Below, piece by piece: positions 9,402 to 18,952 of a DNA stretch of 62,701 nt. The notes under the pieces are model-generated. The model saw nothing but the letters and a program-made list of their open reading frames with translations, made no database searches and had not been told where the DNA came from. The first letter of the stretch is position 1; the number at the start of each line of letters is the position of its first letter. The stretch is taken from assembly GCA_012799095.1 (NCBI GenBank), contig JAAZLX010000151.1, forward strand, positions 1-62,701, in the 5' to 3' direction. The stretch is from Tissierellia bacterium (GTDB lineage Bacteria; Bacillota; Clostridia; Peptostreptococcales; Acidaminobacteraceae). The position numbers were made by a program, and so were the translations under genes.

Positions 9402-11273
9402 ATGAAGAAACGATCTTATCCGGCTTATTATTTTATACTGATCATGTATCTGGAAATGCTCCTGCGATTTGGCATCGGTTTGTCTTCCTCCTGGGGGCTG
9501 TTTTTAATTACCTCGTTCAGCATTGTATACGCTCTGGTGGTCCATTTGATCGAGCGATGGATTCCCGAGCGATTTCATCGCACTTTTCGCATCGGGTTGA
9601 CCTTTTTGGCTTGTTTTATCTTCGCTGCCCAGTTTGTCTATTTCCGGATATTTCAGACCTTTTTTACGCTCTACTCTGTCTCAAAGAGTGCTCAGGTGGT
9701 GGAGTTTATTCCCGATGTCATCTATGTCATCCGAACAAACATCGCTTACATCGGGTTATTTATGTTGCCGTTTGTATATATCATAGTGGTAAAGCCGACA
9801 GCCAAATTGAAAACGATTTCGGTTCGGCTGATTGCTCTGGCTATCGCTTTAGTCATGATCATGAATTACACTGTTCTCGATGTCATGCATGATGTCACCA
9901 ACAATCCCAAGGATGTCTACTTTCACAACCGGGAGCTGGTCAATGGCATCCGCCAGCTCGGCCTGTTGACGACCATGCGGCTCGATTTACAGCGCATGGC
10001 CGGTATTACCATGAGTACACCTCGTCCGCCGATGGAAGACAAGCAACCGACGGATCCGCAAAATGATAATGTGTTGGATCTGACGTTTCCACAAGATGAA
10101 GAACTGGCTGATTTGACAGCTTACTTTTCCAACCGGGCAGGCAGCAATAAGAATGATCATACCGGGCGGCTGGAAGGCTATAATGTCATTACGGTAATTG
10201 CGGAAAGTTTTTCTCATCTGGCGATCGATCCTGAACTTACGCCCACCCTGTATCAGTTATCTCAGGAAGGGGTCAGATTTGAAAACTTCTACAATCCGCT
10301 CTGGGGCGTCAGTACGATCGATGGTGAATATGCCAACCTGACCGGATTGTTACCGGTGGCAGGTGTATGGGCTTTGTATGAAACAGCCGAAAATGCCATG
10401 CCGTTTGTTCCGGGGCAAATGTTTCAGGCGATCGATTATGCTACGTATTCGTTTCATAATCACAACTACCACTATTACCGCCGTGATGTGATCCATCCCA
10501 ATCTGGGTTATACATACCTAGCCAAAGGCAATGGTCTTGAGATCAGTGATGCCTGGCCTGAGAGTGATGTCGAATTGTTTGAAAATTCTCTCGATTATTA
10601 TATCGATCAACCGCCGTTCCACGTCAATTACCTGACTGTCAGCGGCCACATGATGTATCGATTTAACGGTCATGATATGGCGGATAAAAACCACCATCTG
10701 GTCAAAGATCTCGATATGTCGGAAGAGGCCAAAGCCTATCTGGCAGGACAGATCGAGCTGGACCGGGGTTTGAAAATCCTGATGGATGCATTAGAAGATA
10801 GAGACTTGTTGGATAACACGCTGATCGTTGTGGCAGCCGATCATCACCCTTACGCTTTACCTCACACTGCCATGGAAGAACTGGCCGGACGACAGCTAGA
10901 TAAGCGGAAGGATATATATCAGAGCGCGCTGTTGATGTATGCTAAAGGGATCAATGGTCAGGTCATAACCAAACCATGCAGCAACATCGACATTGTACCG
11001 ACGATCTACAATCTGCTCGGGATGGAGTTTGATTCGCGGTTGTTCATGGGCAGTGATATCTTTTCCGATGCGCCGGCTCTGGTAATGTTTCAGGATCGAT
11101 CGTTTCTGGTCGAAGAAGGCTTTTATGATGCGGTCAAACACCGCTTTTATCCCAATGTCGGCACGTATGATCAAGCGACGATCAAGGATTACCGTGATAG
11201 TGTCGATCGTCGGTTTTACTACAGCGAACAACTGATCATTCATGATTATTTCCGCAGATTGATTGAGGAGTAG
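9402..11273 (+). CDS. LTA synthase family / sulfatase-like membrane protein
   Basis: N-terminal multi-TM region plus an extracellular sulfatase-type domain (VIAESFS, TVSGHMMY, VVAADHHPY). The start codon is uncertain because there is no Shine-Dalgarno. Confidence 0.7.
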   Translation: MKKRSYPAYYFILIMYLEMLLRFGIGLSSSWGLFLITSFSIVYALVVHLIERWIPERFHRTFRIGLTFLACFIFAAQFVYFRIFQTFFTLYSVSKSAQVVEFIPDVIYVIRTNIAYIGLFMLPFVYIIVVKPTAKLKTISVRLIALAIALVMIMNYTVLDVMHDVTNNPKDVYFHNRELVNGIRQLGLLTTMRLDLQRMAGITMSTPRPPMEDKQPTDPQNDNVLDLTFPQDEELADLTAYFSNRAGSNKNDHTGRLEGYNVITVIAESFSHLAIDPELTPTLYQLSQEGVRFENFYNPLWGVSTIDGEYANLTGLLPVAGVWALYETAENAMPFVPGQMFQAIDYATYSFHNHNYHYYRRDVIHPNLGYTYLAKGNGLEISDAWPESDVELFENSLDYYIDQPPFHVNYLTVSGHMMYRFNGHDMADKNHHLVKDLDMSEEAKAYLAGQIELDRGLKILMDALEDRDLLDNTLIVVAADHHPYALPHTAMEELAGRQLDKRKDIYQSALLMYAKGINGQVITKPCSNIDIVPTIYNLLGMEFDSRLFMGSDIFSDAPALVMFQDRSFLVEEGFYDAVKHRFYPNVGTYDQATIKDYRDSVDRRFYYSEQLIIHDYFRRLIEE

Positions 11274-11274
11274 T

Positions 11275-11442
11275 ATGCAGGATATTTTGTTTTTATGGAT
11301 TTTGCCCATCTTTATCATGATCTACTTTGGCTGGGGTTATCTCAGAACCGCGAAAGGCCCGCGCAAGTCCTATTTTGGCGTGATGTTTTTGGTTCTGCTG
11401 GCGGCAATGATTTACCGCCACGTGATCAGAGGCGGAATGTGA
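11275..11442 (+). CDS. Small two-helix membrane protein (55 aa), not in the ORF track
   Basis: GAGGAG lies 4 nt upstream of the ATG. Translation: MQDILFLWILPIFIMIYFGWGYLRTAKGPRKSYFGVMFLVLLAAMIYRHVIRGGM. The stop overlaps the GTG of the next gene (ATGTGA). Confidence 0.55.
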   Translation: MQDILFLWILPIFIMIYFGWGYLRTAKGPRKSYFGVMFLVLLAAMIYRHVIRGGM

Positions 11443-12071
11443 AGAGCCTGAGCTGGCTGGCAGCTTTGCTGTTGGTGATCGTAATACTGATTTCAAGCTT
11501 CTTTTTGCTTGTAAGTTCCCCCGACGTCTATCAGTGGTTGATGAAGCAAAACAATGTCTATCAAGATGTTGATCTTCCGGAGAACTTGATCGATCGGGCA
11601 GCGGTAACGATTGCCGAATATATGACAGGCAGAGCCCCGCATCTTCTGATCGAATATCAGGGAGACAGCCTGTTTAAAGCGCAGGAAGTGTTTCATATGT
11701 ATGAGGTCCGGCGGATTTTTTCTCATATGAGAACCGGACTGATTTTTTGCGGACTGGTCCTGGCCGGGCTGGTTATCGTCTTGGGCAAACAGCGAAATCA
11801 GGTGTTTTTGCATCAATTCTGGTTGATGCTGGGGTTGTTTGGGCTGCTTAGTATGGCCGCTTTGTTTTTTGACCAGGCCTTTTTATGGATGCATCAATTA
11901 TTATTCAATAATGTGTTTTGGGCATTTCACCCCAGTCATTATTTGATTCGTTTATTGCCGGAAGGTTTCTTTCTCGGTTTTCTTCTGCTTACGGCTGTCA
12001 TTGCACTTGGCCTAAGCACAGCCTGTTATCTGGTCGGAAGATCAGACAGAAAACTGAAGTCATACGAATAA
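11439..12071 (+). CDS. TIGR01906/DUF1461 family integral membrane protein (Lit-like)
   Basis: I chose the GTG at 11439 (GAGG 6 nt upstream), which starts directly at a TM helix (KSLSWLAALLLVIVILI). The family-like motif EVFHMYEVRRIF is present. The track start at 11295 adds a non-hydrophobic extension overlapping the small ORF. Confidence 0.6.
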   Translation: MKSLSWLAALLLVIVILISSFFLLVSSPDVYQWLMKQNNVYQDVDLPENLIDRAAVTIAEYMTGRAPHLLIEYQGDSLFKAQEVFHMYEVRRIFSHMRTGLIFCGLVLAGLVIVLGKQRNQVFLHQFWLMLGLFGLLSMAALFFDQAFLWMHQLLFNNVFWAFHPSHYLIRLLPEGFFLGFLLLTAVIALGLSTACYLVGRSDRKLKSYE

Positions 12072-12076
12072 AAAAA

Positions 12077-12103
12077 CCGCTGACGAGATCAGCGGCTTTT
12101 TTC
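12077..12103. terminator. Bidirectional rho-independent terminator
   Basis: CCGCTGA-CGAGA-TCAGCGG flanked by an A-run (5') and CTTTTTT (3'), between convergent genes. Confidence 0.8.
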
Positions 12104-12123
12104 TCGAGTGGGACGGAATTTCT

Positions 12124-12660
12124 CTATAACCGTACTGTCTTGACCTTGCGGCCTAATGCAGGGATCAGCTTGTCCGTCAGATCACTTGTTTTGATTTTAT
12201 AGTGTGTCGTATTAACTGTCGTGCAGGTGGCAAAGTATTCGTTGTTGAGCATATCTTCATCCAGTACCAATTCCACTTTATGGTTTGGATCGTTGATCAG
12301 CGTCGAGATGCTGGCGGTACCGGGCTCGACCTGAAGCAATTCACGCAATCTGTCGCTTGAGACAAATGACATTCTGGGATAGTCATTGTATTGTGCGAAG
12401 CGTTTGGTATTGAACATTTTATCAGCCATCATCGCGATCATGACGATCACTTGTTTTTTTCGATCTGTTATCAGAACCTGTTTACTAATAGGTGCATCCA
12501 ATTTTTCAGCAATTTCCGGGACCTCTTCCATTCGTTTGACAGGCTCGTTTTCTACCCGGACAAATGAGATGTTATGCCGGTCCAATAAATCATAAAAATC
12601 ATTCTCCATATCGGAAACGGGATAGTCCGGTCGTTCGGTCAATAATTCACTTATTTGCAT
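12124..12660 (-). CDS. YbaK/ProX-like prolyl-tRNA synthetase-associated (aminoacyl-tRNA deacylase) domain protein
   Basis: Length and sequence pattern fit this family (e.g. MSFVSSDRLRELLQVEPGTASISTLINDP). AAGGAGG Shine-Dalgarno. Confidence 0.55.
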   Translation of the reverse strand: MQISELLTERPDYPVSDMENDFYDLLDRHNISFVRVENEPVKRMEEVPEIAEKLDAPISKQVLITDRKKQVIVMIAMMADKMFNTKRFAQYNDYPRMSFVSSDRLRELLQVEPGTASISTLINDPNHKVELVLDEDMLNNEYFATCTTVNTTHYKIKTSDLTDKLIPALGRKVKTVRL

Positions 12661-12675
12661 GGTTTCCTCCTTGAT

Positions 12676-12696
12676 ACAATCATATCATATGATTGT
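12676..12696. promoter_or_regulatory. Perfect 21-bp palindrome, candidate operator
   Basis: ACAATCATAT-C-ATATGATTGT, 16-36 nt upstream of the minus-strand start codon at 12660. Confidence 0.4.
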
Positions 12697-12762
12697 GAAT
12701 AAAAAGTTTTTGGAAGGTTTTAATGGATGAAAATTGATTTGTAAGAATTTATAAAAGTGTAT

Positions 12763-12817
12763 GATTGCAATTGATTGGTGAGATTGTACCACGAAATGGT
12801 TTTTGATTATGTACCAC
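12763..12817. repeat. Phased GATTG repeats and duplicated GTACCAC motif in the divergent intergenic region
   Basis: GATTG occurs at 12763, 12773 and 12782 (9-10 bp phasing). GATT(N0-2)GTACCAC occurs twice, with GTACCAC at 12786-12792 and 12811-12817. Confidence 0.35.
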
Positions 12818-12916
12818 AACAGCAGGCATTAAGAGAATTTATAAGTCATATAACTAAATAAATCCGTCGAAATATATGAAACAAACGTTTTTTAAGCTTA
12901 TCGTTAAACAATTGGC

Positions 12917-12945
12917 TTGACCGATATAGTTATTTCGATTAGTAT
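12917..12945 (+). promoter_or_regulatory. Sigma-A type promoter for the ABC transporter operon
   Basis: TTGACC (12917-12922), 17 nt spacer, TAGTAT (12940-12945). Confidence 0.5.
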
Positions 12946-12981
12946 TATTTTGAATATATTACTTGTACGAAGGAGGATTTA

Positions 12982-14583
12982 GTGAAAAGAAGTTGGCAAA
13001 TTCTAGCTTTACTCATGGTGCTACTACTTGTAGTGACAAGTTGCTCACCCGCACCAACTGGTGACGATCCAGCACCGGCCGATCCGGCAGAAACGGAAGA
13101 CCCAGCCGATGAGGAAGAACCGGAAGAACCGGCAGAACCAGCTGATGAGGAAGAAGAACTCATCATTGCTCAAGGCGCTGATGCCGTAAGTTTGGATCCC
13201 CATGGTCAAAACGACCAATCTTCATCACGCGTTCGCGTTCAAATGTTTGATACGCTGCTGATGCAAGACAAGAACATGGAATTCCAACCATTACTGGCAA
13301 CAAGCTGGGAACAAATCGATGATTTGACGGTTGAGTTCAAACTGCGTGAAGGCGTTAAATTCCACAATGGAGAAGACTTTGGCGCAAAAGACGTAATTTA
13401 CTCAATCCAACGGGCGATTGCCTCACCTCAAGCCGGTCACATCGTCGACATGATCGATGGCGACAAGCTGGAAGAAGTCGATAATCTGACGGTTCGCGTC
13501 GTAACCAAAGAACCCTTTGGCCCGCTGCTTGCTCACCTGTCTCACCCGGCTGCTGCGATCACAAATGAAAAAGCAGTAACCGATGCTGGTGATGACATCG
13601 ACATTACCCCGGTCGGAACCGGACCCTACAAACTGAAAGAATGGGCCCGTGGCGACTACATCATCCTCGAAAGAAATGATGACTATTGGGGCGAACCTGC
13701 TAAGACCAAGACCATTCGATTCCGTGCTGTTTCGGAAAATGCAAATCGTACCATCGAACTGGAAACCGGCGGTGTTCATATTGCTTATGACATTCTGCCC
13801 AATGACATTTCGAAAGTTGAAGACAATTCAGATCTGCAATTGTTCCGTGACAAGAACTTCTCGACCACTTATGTTGGTTTCAATGCTCAAAAAGAGCCTT
13901 TCGACAACAAACTGGTCCGTCAGGCCATCAACCATGCCGTCAATATGGACGAAATCGTTGAAGCCGTTTACTATGGTACCGGCAATAAAGCGTCTGGTCC
14001 TCTGGGAGCAAACGTAACCTTTGCCAATACCGAACTCGAGCCTTATGAGTACAATCCGGAATTAGCCAAAGAAATGCTAGCTGAAGCCGGTGCTGAAGAC
14101 ATCAGCCTGGTCATCTGGACCAACGACAACAAGATTCGTATGGACATTGCTGAAATCATGCAGAACCAACTGCAAGCTGTCGGCATCAATGCAACATCTG
14201 AAGTTGTTGAGTGGGGCGCATACCTGTCACAAACCGCTGCCGGCGAACATGACATGTTCATCCTCGGATGGACCACCGTTACCGGTGATGCCGACTACGG
14301 TCTGTACGCTCTGTTCCATTCCAGCCAGTTCGGTGATGCTGGTAACCGTACGTTCTACAAGAACGAGCGCGTTGATGAATTACTCGAGATCGGCCGTACC
14401 GCCACGTCTGTAGAAGATAGAGAAGCTGCTTACAAAGAAGCCCAGGAAATCATCCGCGAAGATGCTCCTTGGATCTTCACTTGGAACGGCGAAGACTTAA
14501 CCGGCGCAAGCAACCGTGTTTCTGGTTTTGAACTGCACCCGGCTGGTCACTATCGTCTCCACAATGTGTCACTAGGTAATTAA
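12982..14583 (+). CDS. ABC transporter substrate-binding lipoprotein, family 5 (peptide/nickel type)
   Basis: Signal peptide with lipobox VTSC, an acidic Pro/Asp/Glu linker, then a family-5 SBP body. GTG start behind AAGGAGG. Confidence 0.8.
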   Translation: MKRSWQILALLMVLLLVVTSCSPAPTGDDPAPADPAETEDPADEEEPEEPAEPADEEEELIIAQGADAVSLDPHGQNDQSSSRVRVQMFDTLLMQDKNMEFQPLLATSWEQIDDLTVEFKLREGVKFHNGEDFGAKDVIYSIQRAIASPQAGHIVDMIDGDKLEEVDNLTVRVVTKEPFGPLLAHLSHPAAAITNEKAVTDAGDDIDITPVGTGPYKLKEWARGDYIILERNDDYWGEPAKTKTIRFRAVSENANRTIELETGGVHIAYDILPNDISKVEDNSDLQLFRDKNFSTTYVGFNAQKEPFDNKLVRQAINHAVNMDEIVEAVYYGTGNKASGPLGANVTFANTELEPYEYNPELAKEMLAEAGAEDISLVIWTNDNKIRMDIAEIMQNQLQAVGINATSEVVEWGAYLSQTAAGEHDMFILGWTTVTGDADYGLYALFHSSQFGDAGNRTFYKNERVDELLEIGRTATSVEDREAAYKEAQEIIREDAPWIFTWNGEDLTGASNRVSGFELHPAGHYRLHNVSLGN

Positions 14584-14591
14584 CACACATG

Positions 14592-14618
14592 GGGGAGTCA
14601 ATGACTCCCCTTTTTTTC
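14592..14618 (+). terminator. Intra-operon terminator/attenuator after the SBP gene
   Basis: GGGGAGTC-AAT-GACTCCCC followed by T7, 22 nt before the permease start. Confidence 0.7.
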
Positions 14619-14639
14619 TTTAGAACATTGGAGGGCTAG

Positions 14640-15569
14640 ATGCTCCGTTACATCGCCAGACGCCTATTGTTGCTGATCCCAGTTATTTTAGGTGTCACGC
14701 TGATTACATTTACGATGCTCTATTTTACACCCGGCGATCCGGCCCGCCTGACATTAGGTGAGCAGGCCGGGGCTGAACAATTAGAGCAATTTCGTGAAAT
14801 ACATGGCCTCAACGACGGCTATGTCGTTCGTTTTGTTAATTATATCAAAAATGCTGTTTTTCATCAGGACCTGGGGCTGAGTTATCGTAACCGGCAACCG
14901 GTCTTTGCTGAGGTTGCCAGTCGTTTCCCAACGACGCTTAAACTGGCAGGACTGGGGGTGCTTGTAGCTATTAGCATAGGCATTCCGGTTGGGATCATCT
15001 CGGCTACCAAACAGTACTCACTGTTTGATAGTGTTTCAATGATATTTGCACTAATCGGAGTCAGTATGCCGAACTTCTGGCAGGGCATGTTGATGATTTT
15101 ATTTTTTTCGGTATATCTCAAATGGTTGCCATCATCGGGTTTTAATACCTTTCAGCAGATGATATTGCCGGCACTGACGATCGGCACATCGACTGCGGCT
15201 GTTATCACCCGGATGACCCGGTCTTCGATGCTTGAAGTAATCCGTCAAGATTACATAAGAACTGCCAGGGCCAAGGGACAAAAGGAATCAAAAATTATTA
15301 CCAGACATGCTCTGGGGAATGCTATGATACCGATCGTCACTGTTATTGGACTTCAGTTTGGCTACCTGTTAGGTGGTGCGGTTTTGACTGAGTCGATCTT
15401 TGGGATTCCCGGAGTTGGTCGATTGATGGTTGATGCCATCAAACAAAAGGACTATCCGGTCGTTCAAGGTGGCGTGTTGTTTATTGCTGTGACATTCAGT
15501 GTGGTCAACTTGTTTATTGACATTCTGTATGCTTACTTAGACCCGCGCATTCGGTCGCAGTACAAATAG
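14640..15569 (+). CDS. ABC transporter permease (DppB/OppB-like)
   Basis: Typical N-terminus MLRYIARRLLLLIPVILGVTLITF, a multi-TM body and the EAA-loop region. Confidence 0.85.
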   Translation: MLRYIARRLLLLIPVILGVTLITFTMLYFTPGDPARLTLGEQAGAEQLEQFREIHGLNDGYVVRFVNYIKNAVFHQDLGLSYRNRQPVFAEVASRFPTTLKLAGLGVLVAISIGIPVGIISATKQYSLFDSVSMIFALIGVSMPNFWQGMLMILFFSVYLKWLPSSGFNTFQQMILPALTIGTSTAAVITRMTRSSMLEVIRQDYIRTARAKGQKESKIITRHALGNAMIPIVTVIGLQFGYLLGGAVLTESIFGIPGVGRLMVDAIKQKDYPVVQGGVLFIAVTFSVVNLFIDILYAYLDPRIRSQYK

Positions 15570-15578
15570 GGGGTAGGT

Positions 15579-16469
15579 ATGGAAAAGAAAAATAATACAC
15601 CGGCCCCGACCCAGCAAGTAGCGCAAAAGCGTAACCAATGGAAGGAAGTCTGGCGTCGTCTCAGGCAAAACAAGATGGCGATGGTCGGATTGGCCATTTT
15701 GATCATTCTGGCACTGGCGGCAATATTTGCCGATGTGATCGCACCGAACGGATTCGATAATCAGGTGATAAAAGATCGTTTCCAAACACCCAATTCGACT
15801 CACTGGTTTGGAACAGACAACCTGGGACGAGGGGTATTTGACCGGGTGATCCACGGTGCACGTGTGTCGCTAAGCATAGGGATCATCAGTGTCTCGATAG
15901 CGATCGTCTTTGGTGGACTTCTCGGTGCACTTGCCGGTTTTTACGGTGGCCGAGTCGATAACGTGATTATGCGTTCTATGGATATTCTGTTGGCGATCCC
16001 AAGTATTCTGCTGGCTATTTCGATCGTTTCCGCACTGGGAGGCGGCCTGTTTAATGTCATGTTGGCGGTCGGGATATCGTCGATTCCGGGATATGCCCGG
16101 ATCGTTCGGGCGTCAGTTATCACACTAAAAGGTCAGGAGTTTATTGAAGCGGCCAGAGCGATCGGAGCCAACGACAGCCGTATCATCATGAAACACATTA
16201 TTCCCAACTCACTGGCACCGATCATCGTTCAGGGAACGTTGGGAGTTGCAGGTGCTATCTTATCGGCAGCCGGACTCAGTTTTATTGGACTTGGTCTGTC
16301 GCCACCAAACCCGGAATGGGGTGCTATGCTATCCGGTGGCCGGGACTATATCCGTGACCACATGCATATGACTCTCTTCCCCGGTTTGATGATCATGGCT
16401 ACGATTTTCGCACTCAACTTATTAGGCGATGGTCTGCGCGACGCGCTTGATCCCAAGCTGAAGAATTAG
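15579..16469 (+). CDS. ABC transporter permease (DppC/OppC-like)
   Basis: Multi-TM protein with the conserved HWFGTDNLGRGVF segment. Confidence 0.85.
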   Translation: MEKKNNTPAPTQQVAQKRNQWKEVWRRLRQNKMAMVGLAILIILALAAIFADVIAPNGFDNQVIKDRFQTPNSTHWFGTDNLGRGVFDRVIHGARVSLSIGIISVSIAIVFGGLLGALAGFYGGRVDNVIMRSMDILLAIPSILLAISIVSALGGGLFNVMLAVGISSIPGYARIVRASVITLKGQEFIEAARAIGANDSRIIMKHIIPNSLAPIIVQGTLGVAGAILSAAGLSFIGLGLSPPNPEWGAMLSGGRDYIRDHMHMTLFPGLMIMATIFALNLLGDGLRDALDPKLKN

Positions 16470-16478
16470 GTGGTGAAT

Positions 16479-17462
16479 ATGACAAAGAAACCGTTATTAG
16501 AAATTAAAAACCTGCATGTTCACTACATCACCAACGAAGGAACTGTTCAGGCGATCAATGATTTAAACCTTGAACTGTATCCCGGTGAGACCTTGGGTCT
16601 GGTCGGAGAGACCGGAGCCGGAAAAACCACAACAGCGCTTGCTATGATGCGGCTGGTGCCGAATCCTCCCGGTAAGATTGTTTCAGGTGAAGTCCTGTAC
16701 AAAGGTAAAAACCTGGTCGAGATGAAGGAAGCTGATTTGCGAAAGATTCGGGGAAATCAGATATCAATGATTTTCCAGGATCCGATGACCAGCCTCAACC
16801 CCATCATGACAGTAGGCGATCAGATCCGTGAAGGCATTATGCTTCACCAGAAAGTCGACAAAGCGACTGCTACCAAGCGAGCCATGGATATGCTCGAGGT
16901 AGTTGGCATCCCGATGGAACGTTACGATGAGTATCCTCATCAGTTCTCAGGCGGGATGAAACAACGGGTGGTCATTGCCATCAGCTTGTCGTGTAATCCG
17001 GAAATCCTGATAGCCGATGAACCGACCACCGCACTCGACGTTACGATCCAGGCTCAGGTGCTCCAATTGATGGAAAACTTGAAAGTGGAATTTGACACGT
17101 CCATGTTGATGATAACTCATGACCTTGGTGTGGTTGCCAAAGTGTGTGACCATGTCGCAATCATGTATGCCGGAACGGTGATAGAACATGCCCAAAAGCA
17201 CAAACTTTACCGAACACCAAAGCATCCCTATACCATTGGGTTGTTTGAATCTATTCCAAACGTCCATGAAACCACTGAACGCCTCAAACCGATCATCGGT
17301 TTGATGCCAGACCCGACCGATCTGCCGACGGGCTGCACCTTCCATCCCCGGTGTCCTCATGCCATGGATATCTGTAAGGTCGAGTTTCCTGAGGTCACTC
17401 ATCTTTCGGATGAACATTGGGTGCGCTGTCACCTCTATCCAGCGGATAAGGAGGTGGAATAA
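16479..17462 (+). CDS. ABC transporter ATP-binding protein (OppD/DppD-like)
   Basis: Walker [10 protein letters not shown], signature FSGGMKQR, and the C-terminal Cys-containing oligopeptide-type extension. I chose the ATG at 16479 behind AGGTGG. Confidence 0.85.
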   Translation: MTKKPLLEIKNLHVHYITNEGTVQAINDLNLELYPGETLGLVGETGAGKTTTALAMMRLVPNPPGKIVSGEVLYKGKNLVEMKEADLRKIRGNQISMIFQDPMTSLNPIMTVGDQIREGIMLHQKVDKATATKRAMDMLEVVGIPMERYDEYPHQFSGGMKQRVVIAISLSCNPEILIADEPTTALDVTIQAQVLQLMENLKVEFDTSMLMITHDLGVVAKVCDHVAIMYAGTVIEHAQKHKLYRTPKHPYTIGLFESIPNVHETTERLKPIIGLMPDPTDLPTGCTFHPRCPHAMDICKVEFPEVTHLSDEHWVRCHLYPADKEVE

Positions 17463-18556
17463 TGAAAAAAGTTATGCTTGAAGCGCGTGAACTGACCAAG
17501 TATTTTGATGTACCGGGCGGAAAACTGCACGCCGTTGATAAGGTCAACTTTCAGATCCACGAGGGCGAGACCTTAGGTTTGGTCGGTGAGTCCGGGTGTG
17601 GTAAGTCGACTACCGGTCGCTTGCTGCTTCGCTTACTCGAACCGACCAGCGGAGATGTCATCTTTGATGGCGTCAATATTACTAAGTTGTCTCAACGCGA
17701 ATTTCGCAAGTACCGGACACAGATGCAGATCGTGTTCCAGGATCCATATGCTTCGCTGAATCCACGGATGAGTGTGGCTGAAATAATTGAAGAACCGCTT
17801 CTGATCAATAAGATATATAACAATGCGGCTGATCGAGCCAAACGGGTCAAAGAACTGATGGACACCGTCGGTCTTGCGCCCCGGCTGCTCAACGTCTATC
17901 CCCACGAATTGGACGGAGGACGTCGTCAACGGATCGGTATCGCCCGGGCACTTGCCCTGAAGCCCCGCTTTATCGTTCAGGATGAGCCGGTCTCGGCATT
18001 AGACGTGTCGATTCAAGCCCAGATCCTGAACCTGATGGATGATTTGCAGGATGAGTTTCAATTGACCTATATGTTCATCTCACATGACCTGAGTGTCGTT
18101 AAACACGTATCCGACCGAATCATCGTCATGTATCTTGGTGTTATCGTGGAAATGGCGGAGTCTCAAGAACTGTTTGAGCGTCGCTTACACCCGTATACCA
18201 AAGCCCTTTTATCGGCTCTTCCTGTCCCGTCGGTCGATATTGAAACAGAGCCGATCATTCTTAAGGGAGAGATCACTTCACCGATCAATCCAAAGAATGC
18301 TTGCCGCTTTGCCGGTCGCTGTGCCTATCGCCAGGATCTGTGTGATCAACAGCAGCCGGAACTACGCGAGCTTCATCCGGGACACTGGGTCGCCTGTCAT
18401 TTTGCCGAAAATTTAGTCCAAACCGAAGATATCGTAGTCGGCGGAAGCCTTTCGCATCCCGACAGCACTGTGACTAAGCCGTCCCAGGTGATTGAAGAGG
18501 AACCAGTCACTGAAGTTGAACAGGCGAAATCCGAGGAGTCGAATATCTCGAAATGA
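17462..18556 (+). CDS. ABC transporter ATP-binding protein (OppF/DppF-like) with an acidic low-complexity tail
   Basis: Walker [10 protein letters not shown] and Walker B FIVQDEP. The start overlaps the upstream stop (TAATG). Confidence 0.85.
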   Translation: MKKVMLEARELTKYFDVPGGKLHAVDKVNFQIHEGETLGLVGESGCGKSTTGRLLLRLLEPTSGDVIFDGVNITKLSQREFRKYRTQMQIVFQDPYASLNPRMSVAEIIEEPLLINKIYNNAADRAKRVKELMDTVGLAPRLLNVYPHELDGGRRQRIGIARALALKPRFIVQDEPVSALDVSIQAQILNLMDDLQDEFQLTYMFISHDLSVVKHVSDRIIVMYLGVIVEMAESQELFERRLHPYTKALLSALPVPSVDIETEPIILKGEITSPINPKNACRFAGRCAYRQDLCDQQQPELRELHPGHWVACHFAENLVQTEDIVVGGSLSHPDSTVTKPSQVIEEEPVTEVEQAKSEESNISK

Positions 18557-18795
18557 AGCGACCGCTGATCGCCAAAGAAAACTCTATCAAATGGATGCTG
18601 AGGGGACTGTTTTTTATTCCCATTCTGATGCTGACAGATTATTTTTACCGCCAGCATCGCTACAGCGGAAGTGTTACCGAGACCATATTGATGGTTTGTG
18701 TCATCATTTCAGTCTTCGGCGTGGTTCAGCTGTTTATCGGTATGTACGCTTGGCTGAAACATCGAATATTAGACAAAGAGCAAGGCCCTTTCTAA
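18553..18795 (+). CDS. Small two-helix membrane protein (80 aa), coupled to the ABC ATPase gene
   Basis: ATGA overlap with the upstream stop. Two hydrophobic segments (LRGLFFIPILMLT, ILMVCVIISVFGVVQLFIGMYAWL). Confidence 0.5.
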   Translation: MKRPLIAKENSIKWMLRGLFFIPILMLTDYFYRQHRYSGSVTETILMVCVIISVFGVVQLFIGMYAWLKHRILDKEQGPF

Positions 18796-18812
18796 GGGTC
18801 TTGTCTTTTTTT
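18781..18812 (+). terminator. Rho-independent terminator of the ABC operon
   Basis: 10-bp stem (18781-18790 / 18794-18803, one G-U) followed by TCTTTTTTT. Confidence 0.75.
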
Positions 18813-18952
18813 GACAGATTCAGTGTTATAGTAATATCAGGAGATCATATGCGATATCACAGTCACCATTCACAAGATACTACAACCGACTCACAGCTCA
18901 TCATGCAGACAATGTGCAAGGATGATCGAGGGATTATATTGGGAGAAAGGTC

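Noticed and set aside
9388-9404. Possible leaderless mRNA for the LTA-synthase-family gene: TATAAT lies 8 nt (AAACCTAT) before the GAAG-adjacent ATG and there is no Shine-Dalgarno
   Set aside because: There is no acceptable -35 or TG extension, and alternative in-frame Met codons exist downstream. The evidence is too weak to call.
12945-13166. Ser/Gly-rich 73-aa minus-strand ORF
   Set aside because: It is simply the reverse complement of the acidic Pro/Asp/Glu linker and signal peptide region of the SBP lipoprotein gene.
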